From Cetorhinus maximus (Eukaryota), in the NCBI RefSeq assembly GCF_964194155.1, contig NC_135891.1:62434001-62498000 (forward strand): a stretch of DNA of 64,000 nt, read 5' to 3'. Position 1 is the stretch's first letter, and each line of letters opens with the position of its first letter. This document shows positions 10,091-22,009 of this stretch, piece after piece. The position numbers were made by a program, and so were the translations under genes. The notes under the pieces are model-generated. The model was not told the origin of the DNA, did not search any database, and worked only from the letters and a program-made list of their open reading frames with translations.

Positions 10091-13014
10091 TGAAAGTTTA
10101 GGTTCATATGATACACTTTACAACCACAGCTTTGTAAGTTAATTACACACAACTTGCTCATTCATGTTATGCAACCAGCTTTGCTTCTTTGAACCTGGCC
10201 CTGTGCAATACCCAGACAGCAACATCCTTGAACCTCACAAGCACCACAAACAACAGTCCCACGTACAAATGAGAATACCTTGAACTAACAGTGATACACT
10301 CAATTGGTCCATGACTCCTGGTTTCACTTGCAAGTTTAAAAATGGCAAAACCTTCCAGTAAATTAACATTAACCAATTCACCTACAATAATATGCTATTT
10401 CTATCCACATGTAGGCTTTGTTAACAGAAAAATCACATTTTGCATTGAGTGATAAATATTTTCTCATTTTAAATTTAAACTAACCACACTTACAAATCCA
10501 GCATATAATAGGAGAGAAAAGTACTGCAGATGCTGAAAATTTGAAATATAAACAGATGCTGGAAATACACAGCAGGTCAAGCAGCGTCTGTGGAAAGAGA
10601 AAGAGAGTCACTTGCTTTAGGTCCAGGATCTGCACAAGTTCTGACGAAGGGTCACTGACCTCTTTCCCTCTGCACAGATATCATCAGACACCCCATTTCA
10701 ATTGGAGCGTAAATAAGCCCTTTTGCCAGCCCCTCCAAAAAGCAATCAGACTTCCTGTGAGCCTCTCATTCCCCTTCAGCAAGAAACCCAACAGCAGCTG
10801 CCTGAGGTCAGATTGGCACAACATTAAATATTAATTTCAAAAAAAAGTTAAGGTATGAAGAAAACATGAACAATTTCCTGAACAAAGAGAAAATCAATGT
10901 CAAAGCAATAAATCGGTAATTTAAAAAAGAGTAATTAATAAAAATGACCATTAAAAAGTGCCAAGCAACAGAGCTAACTAATAAAGCCTTTTTTGCCTTT
11001 TTGCTTAAGAAGCAGAGCTAGAGAGAGACAGACTAGGCCCCAAGTCCTGGTCACCAGGGAAGGGACAGGGGGGCATTGGGGCCAAGCTAAGGGGTTGGGT
11101 TTAACTAATACATACCTTGTGTAAGCCTGAGGCAGTGCCCCTCCAAGCTGGCCTCAGTGGAATTCATTCCAAAGTGGGGGCCGGAAGCGGGTTGCTTTTC
11201 AGCCTGGGTTTTCATCCTCTCCTGGACTTAGAATGGGATCATTTCCAGATCCTGGTCCCATTCAAGTCACTGGTGGCTGGGAATCTATCTCCTTGAACTG
11301 CAACATTGTACAACAAGAATGTGGCTGACCTTTCTACCCTCTCCTGTGATTTGTGCAGGGACCAGCTTAAGCTTTTTTTGTTTCTCAGTCTCAAATCATC
11401 TCCTGTCCCACTTTCTCCAGTACTTTGTTAATACTACTGCCAACTGTCAGGATGTTATAATATATTATTTTATACAATGTAATTAAAAAAAGCTTCCACT
11501 TTAAGTACTAAGCTAAATTTGTAATTAACTTTTAAATGATCAAGCGATTCTCTCCTTACAATTTCTGCCCCATCATTGGAGCCTAATTAATCTACACTCC
11601 TGGGAATTCAAGCTGATTTTTCTCCCTTTCAGCAGCTTCAAACTAATCGCTTCTTTTTTGTTCCTCCAACAAGCTGGGCTCAAAATGGGGTTCTGTGGAT
11701 TCCTACAGTGGGGGGGGGGGGGGGGGGTGAGGGGGTCACTATTCGTGACCTACCTGCACCCATGCTGATCGAGGTGGAGGAGGGGCGCTGGGTGGTCACT
11801 GGAACTAATGCGCCTGTAGAGTAGCTTTCCCTGAAGGCTGCCAAATAGGATGCTGTGTCCAGGTGCTCTGTCAAATTCGGGACAGCGGCCAGATTTCAGA
11901 GTCAGAATGTGCATTCAGTGAGGCCTGGGGATATGGCCGTCTGCACAGAGGGATACTGCTGCCAGTAAAGTAAGAGCTGTGAGTTGAGCCCGGGGCCCCG
12001 GGCTTTGCATGTTATGCACCCACCTCTCCCGGGCCTTGTCAATGAGAAGGATTTCTTATGGAGACGCACCACACGGAAGCAGCTAGTGGCTGGAGCCTGC
12101 AACTACATTATGACAGTTGACATAGCAAAATTGAATGGGAAATATTGACATGTTAATTTACATGGGATATACTGACAGAAAACTCTGACTAAATATCAAC
12201 AGGAAATAAAGTCTTTGGACAGGAAGTGCATGGCCAAATTAAATGATTTATATATATATATTCATTTTTCTCCTTTTCATGATCCTCCCTGTACTGGGCA
12301 CTGTTCCTGAGCTGAGGCAGCAGGCGAGCAATCTGGCACTTGCTGACCCTATGACCAGCCACATGAAGAAAGCATTTGCAATGGCAAGATGAACTCAGGG
12401 ACTCATTATGTGGGGGGGGATCAAGGGTGTAAATTCATGTCCTTCACCAATGTGGCTCAAGAAGTGGCTGCTGAGGCCCTACACACTTACACAGCCCTGC
12501 CAAGTTTCACTCACGAGAAACAACATTAATTTAATTTGGTTTGAACATCTTACTATGGTGATAGACGTCTCTTTTAAAAATAAAGTTAGCTGGAGTTGTT
12601 TGAATGGGTTTATAACCAACACCTTCTGACAGTCACTAGTGTTGATAGGTTTGGTCCTCCCACTCTGCATAGTTTTTATGTTTATTACACACTTATTTAA
12701 ATGGTAGCGGTCTTTGTCTGTTTCACTGGTATGTGGTTAAATCAGTTCTTTTAACGCTGATGATGCAGGATCTACCTTTTGGAAGTGATGTTAAACCAAG
12801 GCTTCACCTGTTCTCTCAGGTGGGCCTGGAAAACCCCACGGCATTATTTCAAATAAGAGCTAGGGGGTTATCCCCAGTGCCCTGGCCAATATTTATTCTT
12901 CAATCAGCATCACAAAAACTGATTGGTCTTTGTCAAATTGCTGTTTGTGAGAATTTTCTGTGTGCAAATTGATTGCTTACGTCACAGCCGCGACTACACT
13001 TCAAAAATACCTGA

Positions 13015-13237
13015 AACAAAAACAGAAAATGCTGGAAAAACTCAGCAGATCTGACAGCATCTGTGGAGAGAGAAACGGAGTTGATGTTTCCAGTCTGTAT
13101 GACCCTTCTTCAGAGCAAGGTTCATACTGACTTGAAAGGTCAACTCTGTTTCTCTCTCCACAGATGCTGTCAGACCTGCCGAGTTTTTCCAGCATTTTCT
13201 GTTTTTGTTTCAGATTTCCAGCATCTGCAATATTTTG
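13015..13237. mobile_element. Penelope-derived fold-back inserted in a DeuSINE
   Basis: Inverted arms; flanking cttcaaaa(a/g)tacctga at 12999-13014 and 13238-13253. Confidence 0.78.
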
Positions 13238-14229
13238 CTTCAAAAGTACCTGATTGGCTGTAAAATGCTTGGAGAAGTCTGGTGGTCAAAAAGGTGCTAT
13301 ATAAATGAAAGTCTTTTTTTAATGTATCATTACTGTTTGTGGGGCCTTGCAATGGGCAAATTGACTCCTGCGTTTCCTACTTTACAACAGTGATTACAGT
13401 TTAAAAGTAGATGTCAAGCACTTTGGGGGCGTCATAAGCTGTGAAAGGTCCTATTTAAATGCAAGTCTTTCTTTTTGCTTCATGGAATTGAAACTGAGCG
13501 AAAGTCAGGGCCTTCAGGGGCAGGGAGAAAATGGGAAGAGAAAATAAGATTCTAAAAATAATCACTGACATATAGGCCAGGAGTTTACGCTCACAGCGCA
13601 GACACACGGCAGTCCTGATCATTTGTGAAATGGGGGTGCGATGACATCGGGAGGGTGTCCCAACATCCTCGTGCTGCTTCGCGATATTCCGGTCAGCGGG
13701 CGCCCGCAGGAATCGGGAGTGCACCCACCAACAGTGAAAGGTCTAATTAAGGTGATATATATGGTAATTGACAGCAAGTTTGAGTGGCCCGTGCACTCAT
13801 ACACTCGGCAGACAAGGCACTCAGCCACGGCTTTCATGGATCCTACATCCAGGGCGGGATTAAAGGCACACAGGCAGATGCAAAGGTGAGTAGTTATGAT
13901 TTTGGTTGTGAGTGGTTTGGAGCTGGTTTATTGACAGCTTCTGGTATTTTTGTGCTGTTCTGGAGAACTCTCTGCTTTGTTAGTATTTGTAGAGGCCTTC
14001 AGCCAATAAATCCCTTTAGTGCAGAAACATCAGCTCAGAAGTGGGGATTGTCTACTCTGCTGGAGGGACCTCCTCCTCAGAGGAGGAGAGGGCTAGAAGA
14101 CAGAGGAGGCCAGTTGCCCACAGGCAGCGCCCCAGAGTGGGACCCATGGATGGGGAGGCATAGCCAGAAGGGATGCAGGAAATGCAAGGCAGAAGGGCCC
14201 GGAGAAGGTGCCATTATCCAGCAGACTGA

Positions 14230-15140
14230 GTCTACAGGCAGTGTTCCTGCTGCCTGGACATGACTGAGGTTCAGTGCCGAAGAAGGCTCCGCCTCTCCAG
14301 GGAGATTATTGGTCCAGAAATGGCCTCCGACTGTGTATGTGGCCACCCTACGCCAGTAGATCTTAAGGTGACAGTGGCCCTGAACTTTAACACCTCAGGT
14401 TCTTTCCAGGGGTCAGTGGGAGATCTATGTGGTGTCTCTCAATCGCTGCCCACAGCTGCATCAAGCTGGTCACTGACGCTCTGTTCTGAAGGGTCAGCAC
14501 CTTCATTCACTTCTAGATCGACGAGGCCAGCCAGGCTGAGTGAGCCAAAGGCTTCGCTGCAGTTGCCGGATTTCACTGTACGTATGTGCCAATAAAGGTG
14601 CCAGCAGCAATAGAAAGAGGATCCACTCCCTAAACGTGCAGATTGTGTGTGGCCACAACAGTCAGATATTGCAGGTCTGTGCCAGGCATCCAGGAAGCTG
14701 CCATGATGCCTACATCCCCCATCACTTCCATCAAGGCTCTACATTGCTCCAGCTCGCTTGGATGGTTGGATCCTGGGGGAAAAGGTGGCTCATGACCCCA
14801 CTGAGATGCCCAAGGGCAGAAGCCAAGAAGAACTATAATCGTAGTCATGCCTCCACAAGGACAGTGATTGAAAGGACATTAGACTGACTCAAGATGAAGT
14901 CCCGCTGCCTGGACCGCTCAGGGGGTCACTTCACTATTCTCCTGAGCATGTCTCCCTTATTGTTGTTGTCTGCTGCACACTGTACAATCTGGCTCTGTCA
15001 AAGGGGGACCCATTGGAGGATGAAGACAGCAATCCTGCTCCACAGGCTGCAGAGGACGACTCAAGTGCTGGGTCTGAGGAGGAGCCAGAGGAGACTTGAT
15101 TCGGAGGACATTCGGCGAGGCATCCAAATCATGGAGTAAG
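14230..15140 (+). pseudogene. Harbinger (HARBI1-like, DDE_Tnp_4) transposase, frameshifted
   Basis: VTVALNFNTSGSFQ...GVSQS, NRKRIHSLNVQIVC...HPGSCHDA, WLMTP, NYNRSHASTRTVIERT, LKMKSRCLDRSGG are spread over several frames. AATAAA at 15214-15219. Confidence 0.9.
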
Positions 15141-15424
15141 GCGATGGCATGGGAAACGGCACCTCTCCTGATAAGGCAATCCTGTCAGCCTTAAGTCAAG
15201 GTCCAACCTCTGAAATAAAGCTTTCAGCCCTCCCTCTGTGTCACATGCAACTCCCAGGCCTATTCCCTATTGTAAGCATGAGGCACATGAATGTCATTGC
15301 ACATGAGGAATTTTTATAATGAAGCCAAATGTACAAATTAACCAGTGCACACACGCCAACAAAACACAAACCACTCATGACAACCCTTTTGTGATATAGT
15401 GACTTACACTTCTGTTTGCGAATG

Positions 15425-17230
15425 CTACGTATTGGTGCCCCCACCCCACTTGCCCTCCACATTGGCAGCTGGATTGGAGGCAGCCTGCTGACTCTGAGGC
15501 CCTGTCGGCCTTGATGACCTTGGTGGCTGTTCTCTGGTTGCCAGGGCTTGTGCAGGCCCTGCCTGAGTGGCAGAGTCCAGTGCCAAGGCTGGGCACTCCT
15601 CAGTCATCATGGTGCCATCAGATGTGACAGTCACTGGCAGAGGGGCGGAGGAGCTGCTGCCACCATTCACATCAGCCTGAGAGGATCCTGCAGGTATGAG
15701 CTGCAGGGTGTCCACCAGCATGAGGCTGGTTTGAAAATCACTGCTCACCGTTGATGGACGGGCACCTAGCAGAGTTACTAGGTGCCTCATCCACTTCTCA
15801 GACTGGCAGTGCCCAGCTGAGGTCACTGCCAGTGTGTGGGCTTGCAGGTCTGAACGCAACTCTAGAAACACCTGATTGAGTTCCTGGAGCTGCCTCTCCA
15901 TCAGAGTCACCACTCCCTCTGAGGCTGTGCGCTCGGAGGTCTGGGTCAACGCAGTACTCACGCTCCGCATGGACCCCTCTATAACAGAGACCATGGCACG
16001 CAGACTCTCAGGGATCTCCGCCAGATCCTTCTGCACATCCCGCTGGACATCCAGCATCTGCCACCTGATGGACGACTCCAGAGGCTCATCATCTGCCTCG
16101 GACTCAGTATCGTCCTGGTCTCCAGCAACTCTCCAACTACCGGCGCCATGGGCACTCTCGGCCTCTGCCAGCTCCTTATGTGAGTGCGATGTGCCTTCAC
16201 CATTGTGCATGACCATCTGATCCGAGACGCTAATGCTCACCGACATGCCTTTATCTGTGCTGGTGCTTGGTGCAGACAGAGGGTGTGGCATGGGTGCATC
16301 TGGCATCTGTTCTTCCTCGGAGGTTAAGTGGGGGTTCCTCAGGGTCTCTTTGAGGTTGTGATGATGAGCCATCTGAGGGAGGAAGCAAAAATGTCAGCAT
16401 GGACCATCATGAAAGTCTGAGGGCACGCAGTCTGCTTTCTCAATAGAATGGACATCTGGCTGAATAAATACTTTTGAATATACAAGCAACGGGAATAACT
16501 GCATTTCACCTGTCAGTCTTAAAGCAACAACCCATATCTCTGAGACACTACATAAATCTCTTCCCTTTCCATTGGACTCTTACCCTCATCCAATACCCCT
16601 GCCTCTCCTTGAATTGTAGACCTGGCTCCACACTCGCAGCCATTTCCAAAGCCTGCTCCCCCGCCTGACTGAGGATCAGCAGGTTTGGTATCCCCCTCAC
16701 CAGTCCGTCCTCACTCCACTGAATTGTGACTCTTCTCCTGTAAGGGAAAAAGTGCTTCCATTAGCCCCCCCACAACATGCTGCCACATTGTAGCCTCCCC
16801 ACCCCAAAGACGCAGGAACAGTCGCCCGTCACATTGTCACTCATCACCCTGACCTACATGCCACCCATGGTCTATCAAGGCACATGATGTGCCACATTGC
16901 GCTCTGCATTTCACACCCCTGAGCACCAACATGTGCTGTCACCCACAAAGGCATCTACCCAAGGTTCCAACTGGAATCAGTCCTCAACCTAGCAGAATAT
17001 TAAAGGTCATTGAACCTTTTTTGGCACTCAATCCAGGCTTGGCGTACGTCATGACCGCTGACTGGGGTCACCACCTCTGTCCAGGCTTTCTTGGTGACAT
17101 GAGGTGGCCTCCTCTTGCCATCCCTTGACACCAGGATGTGACGGTGGTCACTTACTGTCTCCAGTAAGGCCCACAGGCACTCAGAGAAAGAGAGAGTGGG
17201 GGGGCGCGACTGGATCCGAGCATGCCCATC
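15425..17230 (-). pseudogene. Harbinger Myb/SANT DNA-binding gene, three exon-like segments
   Basis: FSECLWALLETV...AWTEVV...WIECQKRFNDL (about 16990-17230), EKSHN...RTGEG (about 16600-16737, with stop), and an open 315-codon last exon 15425-16372. Confidence 0.8.
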
Positions 17231-17711
17231 ACGCCTGGCATGGGATCCGGTCATCAATCTGGGACACCGGAATAGCACTTCAAATCGGTAATGGAGACAA
17301 AACGCATCACCACTGCAAACAAGCTTCCTGCAGTGCACAACACGGACTTCCAGCCTGCAGGGAGCTGCATTGAAATCCCCTGCCCATACCCTTCCTGTTC
17401 CCAGTGCCCTCCCTCTCCCCACCCCTGCCGGCAACGCTGACCCTGTCTCAGTGCGCGTTTCACACTGGCTGCGTTCGACCGCCGATCGTGGGCGGGAGCT
17501 GATTCCACATCCACTTCCGAGCCCACTGATCACACTCACATGTCACGCTAAAAATTTCAGGCCCTGAGCCTAAAACAGCGGAGACACTCCAGTGGGTCAA
17601 GTGCTTGACCTTTCAGCGACCTCCCCTCATCATAACAATTGTAATGGCCAATTCACAGGCTAGCGTTAAAGAAAATAATCTGACTTAATTAAATGACAGT
17701 CAGTTATTCAT

Positions 17712-17717
17712 TTTATT
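17712..17717 (-). promoter_or_regulatory. Candidate polyadenylation signal of the CD40-like gene
   Basis: AATAAA on the minus strand about 780 nt after the stop, in AT-rich sequence just before the Harbinger boundary. Confidence 0.45.
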
Positions 17718-18492
17718 ACTTTTTACAACATTTAACATACTTTAACCACATCTGTACATGTATCAAAATATATAATGTCCAGAAAGAACTATTGAGGAGG
17801 GCTGTTGGCACGTTTGGAATCATACACAAGGGTCAGAGGCCTCAGTATTGGGGGCAGGGGGCTGGGCACAGAAGGAGGGAAAACTAAGGGTAGGAAAGAG
17901 AGAAATGCCTGTACTCGCCAATCGAATTTGTGAAAGATTTTACACCAACCGAGCCCCTCAGTCGGAATTCAGCTGCTTTTACAACCACAGATGCCTACAA
18001 AACATTAACTGGCTTCCCGACAGTTAAGGCTGGAGAGCTGCAATTGGACATTGTTGGGAGAGATGGTGCAGATTCCTCTGCTGCTTTGAGGAGGAAGCTG
18101 CAATCTGACTGCAAGAGCTTTGGGTCGGAAAAGCTTTCATCCTCACATAAAGACAGAAAGGGATCCACGTGCTGTAATTCAAGCAGCTATTTCCATGATC
18201 TATCACTGAGCAGGTGGATTAAATCATATTTATCATAGAATCATAGAATGATACAGCACCAAAGGAAGTCAATAAGGCATCATGCCAGTGTCAGTTGTTC
18301 TGAGCCAGCGCTGAAATCTTTTGATGTTGGGATTAGTAAGTTCAAGGCTGGATGTCCATACAGGTCTATGACCATGACAGAGTGATGCTGAATTCAGAGA
18401 ATCCCCATGAAAACACAAAGACGTTAGCTTCATTGCGATGTCCACTGCTTTCTCCCATTGGAGCTGAGTTTAATAGTCTTTGCAGCTGCACT

Positions 18493-18618
18493 TTATATAG
18501 CGAGAAGCTCAGTCCCATCTTCAGTGCTCTTATCTTCATCTGCAGCCGTGGCTAATATCCTTCCATTCTCAGTCATCTCCCGCTCCTGGACTGGCATTTG
18601 AGTCTTGTCTTCGCACTT
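18493..18618 (-). CDS. CD40: CD40-like exon 9 (KCEDKTQMPVQEREMTENGRILATAADEDKSTEDGTELLAI-stop)
   Basis: ctctttttta acag acceptor; PVQE TRAF-type motif; TAA at 18495-18493. Total CDS 834 nt = 277 aa plus stop. Confidence 0.9.
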   Translation of the reverse strand, partial: KCEDKTQMPVQEREMTENGRILATAADEDKSTEDGTELLAI

Positions 18619-18845
18619 CTGTTAAAAAAGAGAGAAATAAGTTGCCAATTTATAAAGAGATAAAATACAAAAGCCAACTACATTCTTCCAAAAACAGCAA
18701 TCACTCTGTTTGTGAGAGTGGAAATATACCAACCAGAAAGGGCCAAGATTGAACACCTGGTCTGGAGTCAGTTACCTGCTCTCCTCCCAAGGAGCAGTCA
18801 GGACAGTGTATCTCGAGACTAGAGGCCAGAACAGGCAGCTACTGA

Positions 18846-20800
18846 CTCCCTCCCCTGATCACTCTCAGCGGGGACCCCTCCCCTGATCACTCTCAGCGGG
18901 GACCCCTCCCCTGATCACTCTCAGCGGGGACCCCTCCCCTGATCACTCTCAGCGGGGACCCCTCCCCTGATCACTCTCAGCCTGACCACTCTCAGCGGGG
19001 ACCCCTCCCCTGATCACTCTCAGCGGGGACCCCTCCCCTGATCACTCTCAGCCTGACCACTCTCAGCGGGGACCCCTCCCCTGATCACTCTCAGCGGGGA
19101 CCCCTCCCCTGATCACTCTCAGCCTGACCACTCTCAGCGGGGACCCCTCCCCTGATCACTCTCAGCGGGGACCCCTCCCCTGATCACTCTCAGCCTGACC
19201 ACTCTCAGCGGGGACCCCTCTCCTGATCACTCTCAGCGGGGACCCCTCCCCTGATCACTCTCAGCGGGGACCCCTCCCCTGATCACTCTCAGCGGGGACC
19301 CCTCCCCTGATCACTCTCAGCGGGGACCCCTCCCCTGACCACTCTCAGCGGGGACCCCTCCCCTGACCACTCTCAGCGGGGACCCCTCCCCTGACCACTC
19401 TCAGCGGGGACCCCTCCCCTGACCACTCTCAGCGGGGACCCCTCCCCTGACCACTCTCAGCGGGGACCCCTCCCCTGATCACTCTCAGCGGGGACCCCTC
19501 CCCTGATCACTCTCAGCCTGACCACTCTCAGCGGGGACCCCTCCCCTGATCACTCTCAGCGGGGACCCCTCCCCTGATCACTCTCAGCCTGACCACTCTC
19601 AGCGAGGACCCCTCCCCTGATCACTCTCAGCGGGGACCCATCCCCTGATCACTCTCAGCGGGGACCCCTCTCCTGATCACTCTCAGCGGGGACCCCTCCC
19701 CTGATCACTCTCAGCGGGGACCCCTCCCCTGATCACTCTCAGCGGGGACCCCTCCCCTGATCACTCTCAGCGGGGACCCCTCCCCTGACCACTCTCAGCG
19801 GGGACCCCTCCCCTGACCACTCTCAGCGGGGACCCCTCCCCTGACCACTCTCAGCGGGGACCCCTCCCCTGACCACTCTCAGCGGGGACCCCTCCCCTGA
19901 CCACTCTCAGCGGGGACCCCTCCCCTGACCACTCTCAGCGGGGACCCCTCCCCTGACCACTCTCAGCGGGGACCCCTCCCCTGACCACTCTCAGCGGGGA
20001 CCCCTCCCCTGACCACTCTCAGCGGGGACCCCTCCCCTGACCACTCTCAGCGGGGACCCCTCCCCTGACCACTCTCAGCGGGGACCCCTCCCATGACCAC
20101 TCTCAGCGGGGACCCCTCCCCTGACCACTCTCAGCGGGGACCCCTCCCCTGATCACTCTCAGCGGGGACCCCTCCCCTGATCACTCTCAGTGGGGACCCC
20201 TCCCCTGATCACTCTCAGCGGGGACCCCTCCCCTGATCACTCTCAGCGGGGATCCCTCCCCTGATCACTCTCAGCAGGGATCCCTCCCCTGATCACTCTC
20301 GGGGATCCCTCCCCTGATCACTCTCGGGGATCCCTCCCCTGATCACTCTCAGCGGGGACCCCTCCCCTGATCACTCTCAGCGGGGACCCCTCCCCTGATC
20401 ACTCTCAGCGATCCCTCCCCTGATCACTCTCAGCGATCCCTCCCCTGATCACTCTCAGCGATCCCTCCCCGATCACTCTCAGCGATCCCTCCCCGATCAC
20501 TCTCAGCGATCCCTCCCCGATCACTCTCAGCGATCCCTCCCCGATCACTCTCAGCGATCCCTCCCCGATCACTCTCAGCGATCCCTCCCCGATCACTCTC
20601 AGCGATCCCTCCCCTGATCACTCTCAGCGATCTATCCCCTGATCACCTGTGATCCCTCCCCGATCACTTTCAGTGACTCCTACTCTGATCACTCTCAGTG
20701 ATCCCACCCCGATCACTCTCAGCGACCTTTCCCCTGATCACCTGTGATCCCTCCCCGATCACTCTCAGCAACTCCTCCCCTGATCACTCTCAGTAATTCC
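18846..20800. repeat. 28-bp minisatellite (actctcagcggggacccctcccctgatc)n in CD40 intron 8
   Basis: About 2 kb of units with 15-bp (actctcagcctgacc) and 24/25-bp variants. Confidence 0.97.
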
Positions 20801-20895
20801 TGTTCCAATTCACTTTCAGGCTCAAATGTAAAATATGTGGTCAAATTGGTGGTCAAAATGGATGCTACAAAAGTCAATGATAATACCAAACTTAC

Positions 20896-20933
20896 CAGCC
20901 TGTTGATGAGATGCCTTATTTTAATCCGATTTT
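20896..20933 (-). CDS. CD40: CD40-like exon 8 (juxtamembrane ENRIKIRHLINRL)
   Basis: ctctttcag acceptor, gtaagt donor, 38 nt, phase 1 to 0. Basic residues follow the TM; it restores the frame to exon 9. Confidence 0.85.
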
Positions 20934-20969
20934 CTGAAAGAGAGAGAATGAGAAGGTAATCATTTGTTG

Positions 20970-21540
20970 GACTGTACCCTGCACCCTATACCCTGTAACA
21001 TGCACCCTGTAAACTGTACCCTGCACCCTATACCCTGCACCCCGTAACCTGTACCCTGCACCCCGTAACCTGTACCCTGTAACCTGTACCCTACACCAGT
21101 ATCCTGTACCCTGCAACCTTTACCCCGCACCCTACACCCTGTAACCTGCACCCTGCACCCCGTAACCTGCACCCTGCACCCCGTAACCTGCACCCTGCAC
21201 CCCGTAACCTGCACCCTGTAACCTGCACCCTGTACCCCGTAACCTGCACCCTGTACCCCGTAACCTGCACCCCGTAACCTGCACCCTGCACCCCGTAACC
21301 TGCACCCTGTAACCTGCACCCTGTAACCTGCACCCTGTACCCCGTAACCTGCACCCCGTAACCTTTACCCTGCACCTTGTAACCTACACCCTATAACCTG
21401 CATCCTGCACCCCATAACCTGTACCCTACACCCTGTATCCTGTACCCTGCACCCTGTAATCTTTACCCTGTACCCTTGGCCTGTAACTTGCACCCTGCAC
21501 CCTGTACCCTGCGCCCTGTACCTTGCACCCTATAACCAGT
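20970..21540. repeat. 7-bp-based tandem repeat (ctgcacc / ctgtacc / ctgtaac)n in CD40 intron 7
   Basis: Heptamer variants arranged in 14- and 21-bp higher-order units. Confidence 0.95.
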
Positions 21541-22009
21541 AATCTGCACGTGTACCAGCTTAGGACAGGAAAAGGTCTGTATAAAATGATGAAGGTCTCC
21601 TTCTCTGCTGGATGTGAGATGGGTTTGTAATGTCCTTACACAGCTCCCAGTGGACATGATCCACACACATAATTAAGGACAAGTAATTCTTTTCAAGCGC
21701 ACAAATCCCATAAATAATATCTGACCAATGAATGTGACATTGGTGGGTGTTGGTTGAGGGAGAAAAATTAGTTAGGACTTGAAGAGAGTTCCATACTCCC
21801 CTTCAAACCGTGCCAATGGGATGTCTCACATCCACCCAAAGAGGCAGATGAAGCTTTGGTTTAACATTTCTTCTGAAAGGCTAGATTTCTGACACTAATT
21901 GTAACTATATTGGTGAACAGAAAAGGCACAGGATGACGAGTATTAGAATTAAACATTGTCACACTAGAGTGGTAGGGGATGTTCTTCTCAGGTTAGACAC
22001 AAGGCACCC

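Larger units (their letters stand above)
13574..17564. mobile_element. Near full-length decayed Harbinger/PIF DNA transposon
   Basis: Degenerate TIRs (aggccaggagttta... / ...taaaaatttcaggccc) and convergent transposase and Myb/SANT genes. Confidence 0.88.

Noticed and set aside
18330-18492. Extended CD40 tail by stop read-through
   Set aside because: Only 20 further codons precede a TGA and they contain no TRAF motif; treated as 3' UTR.
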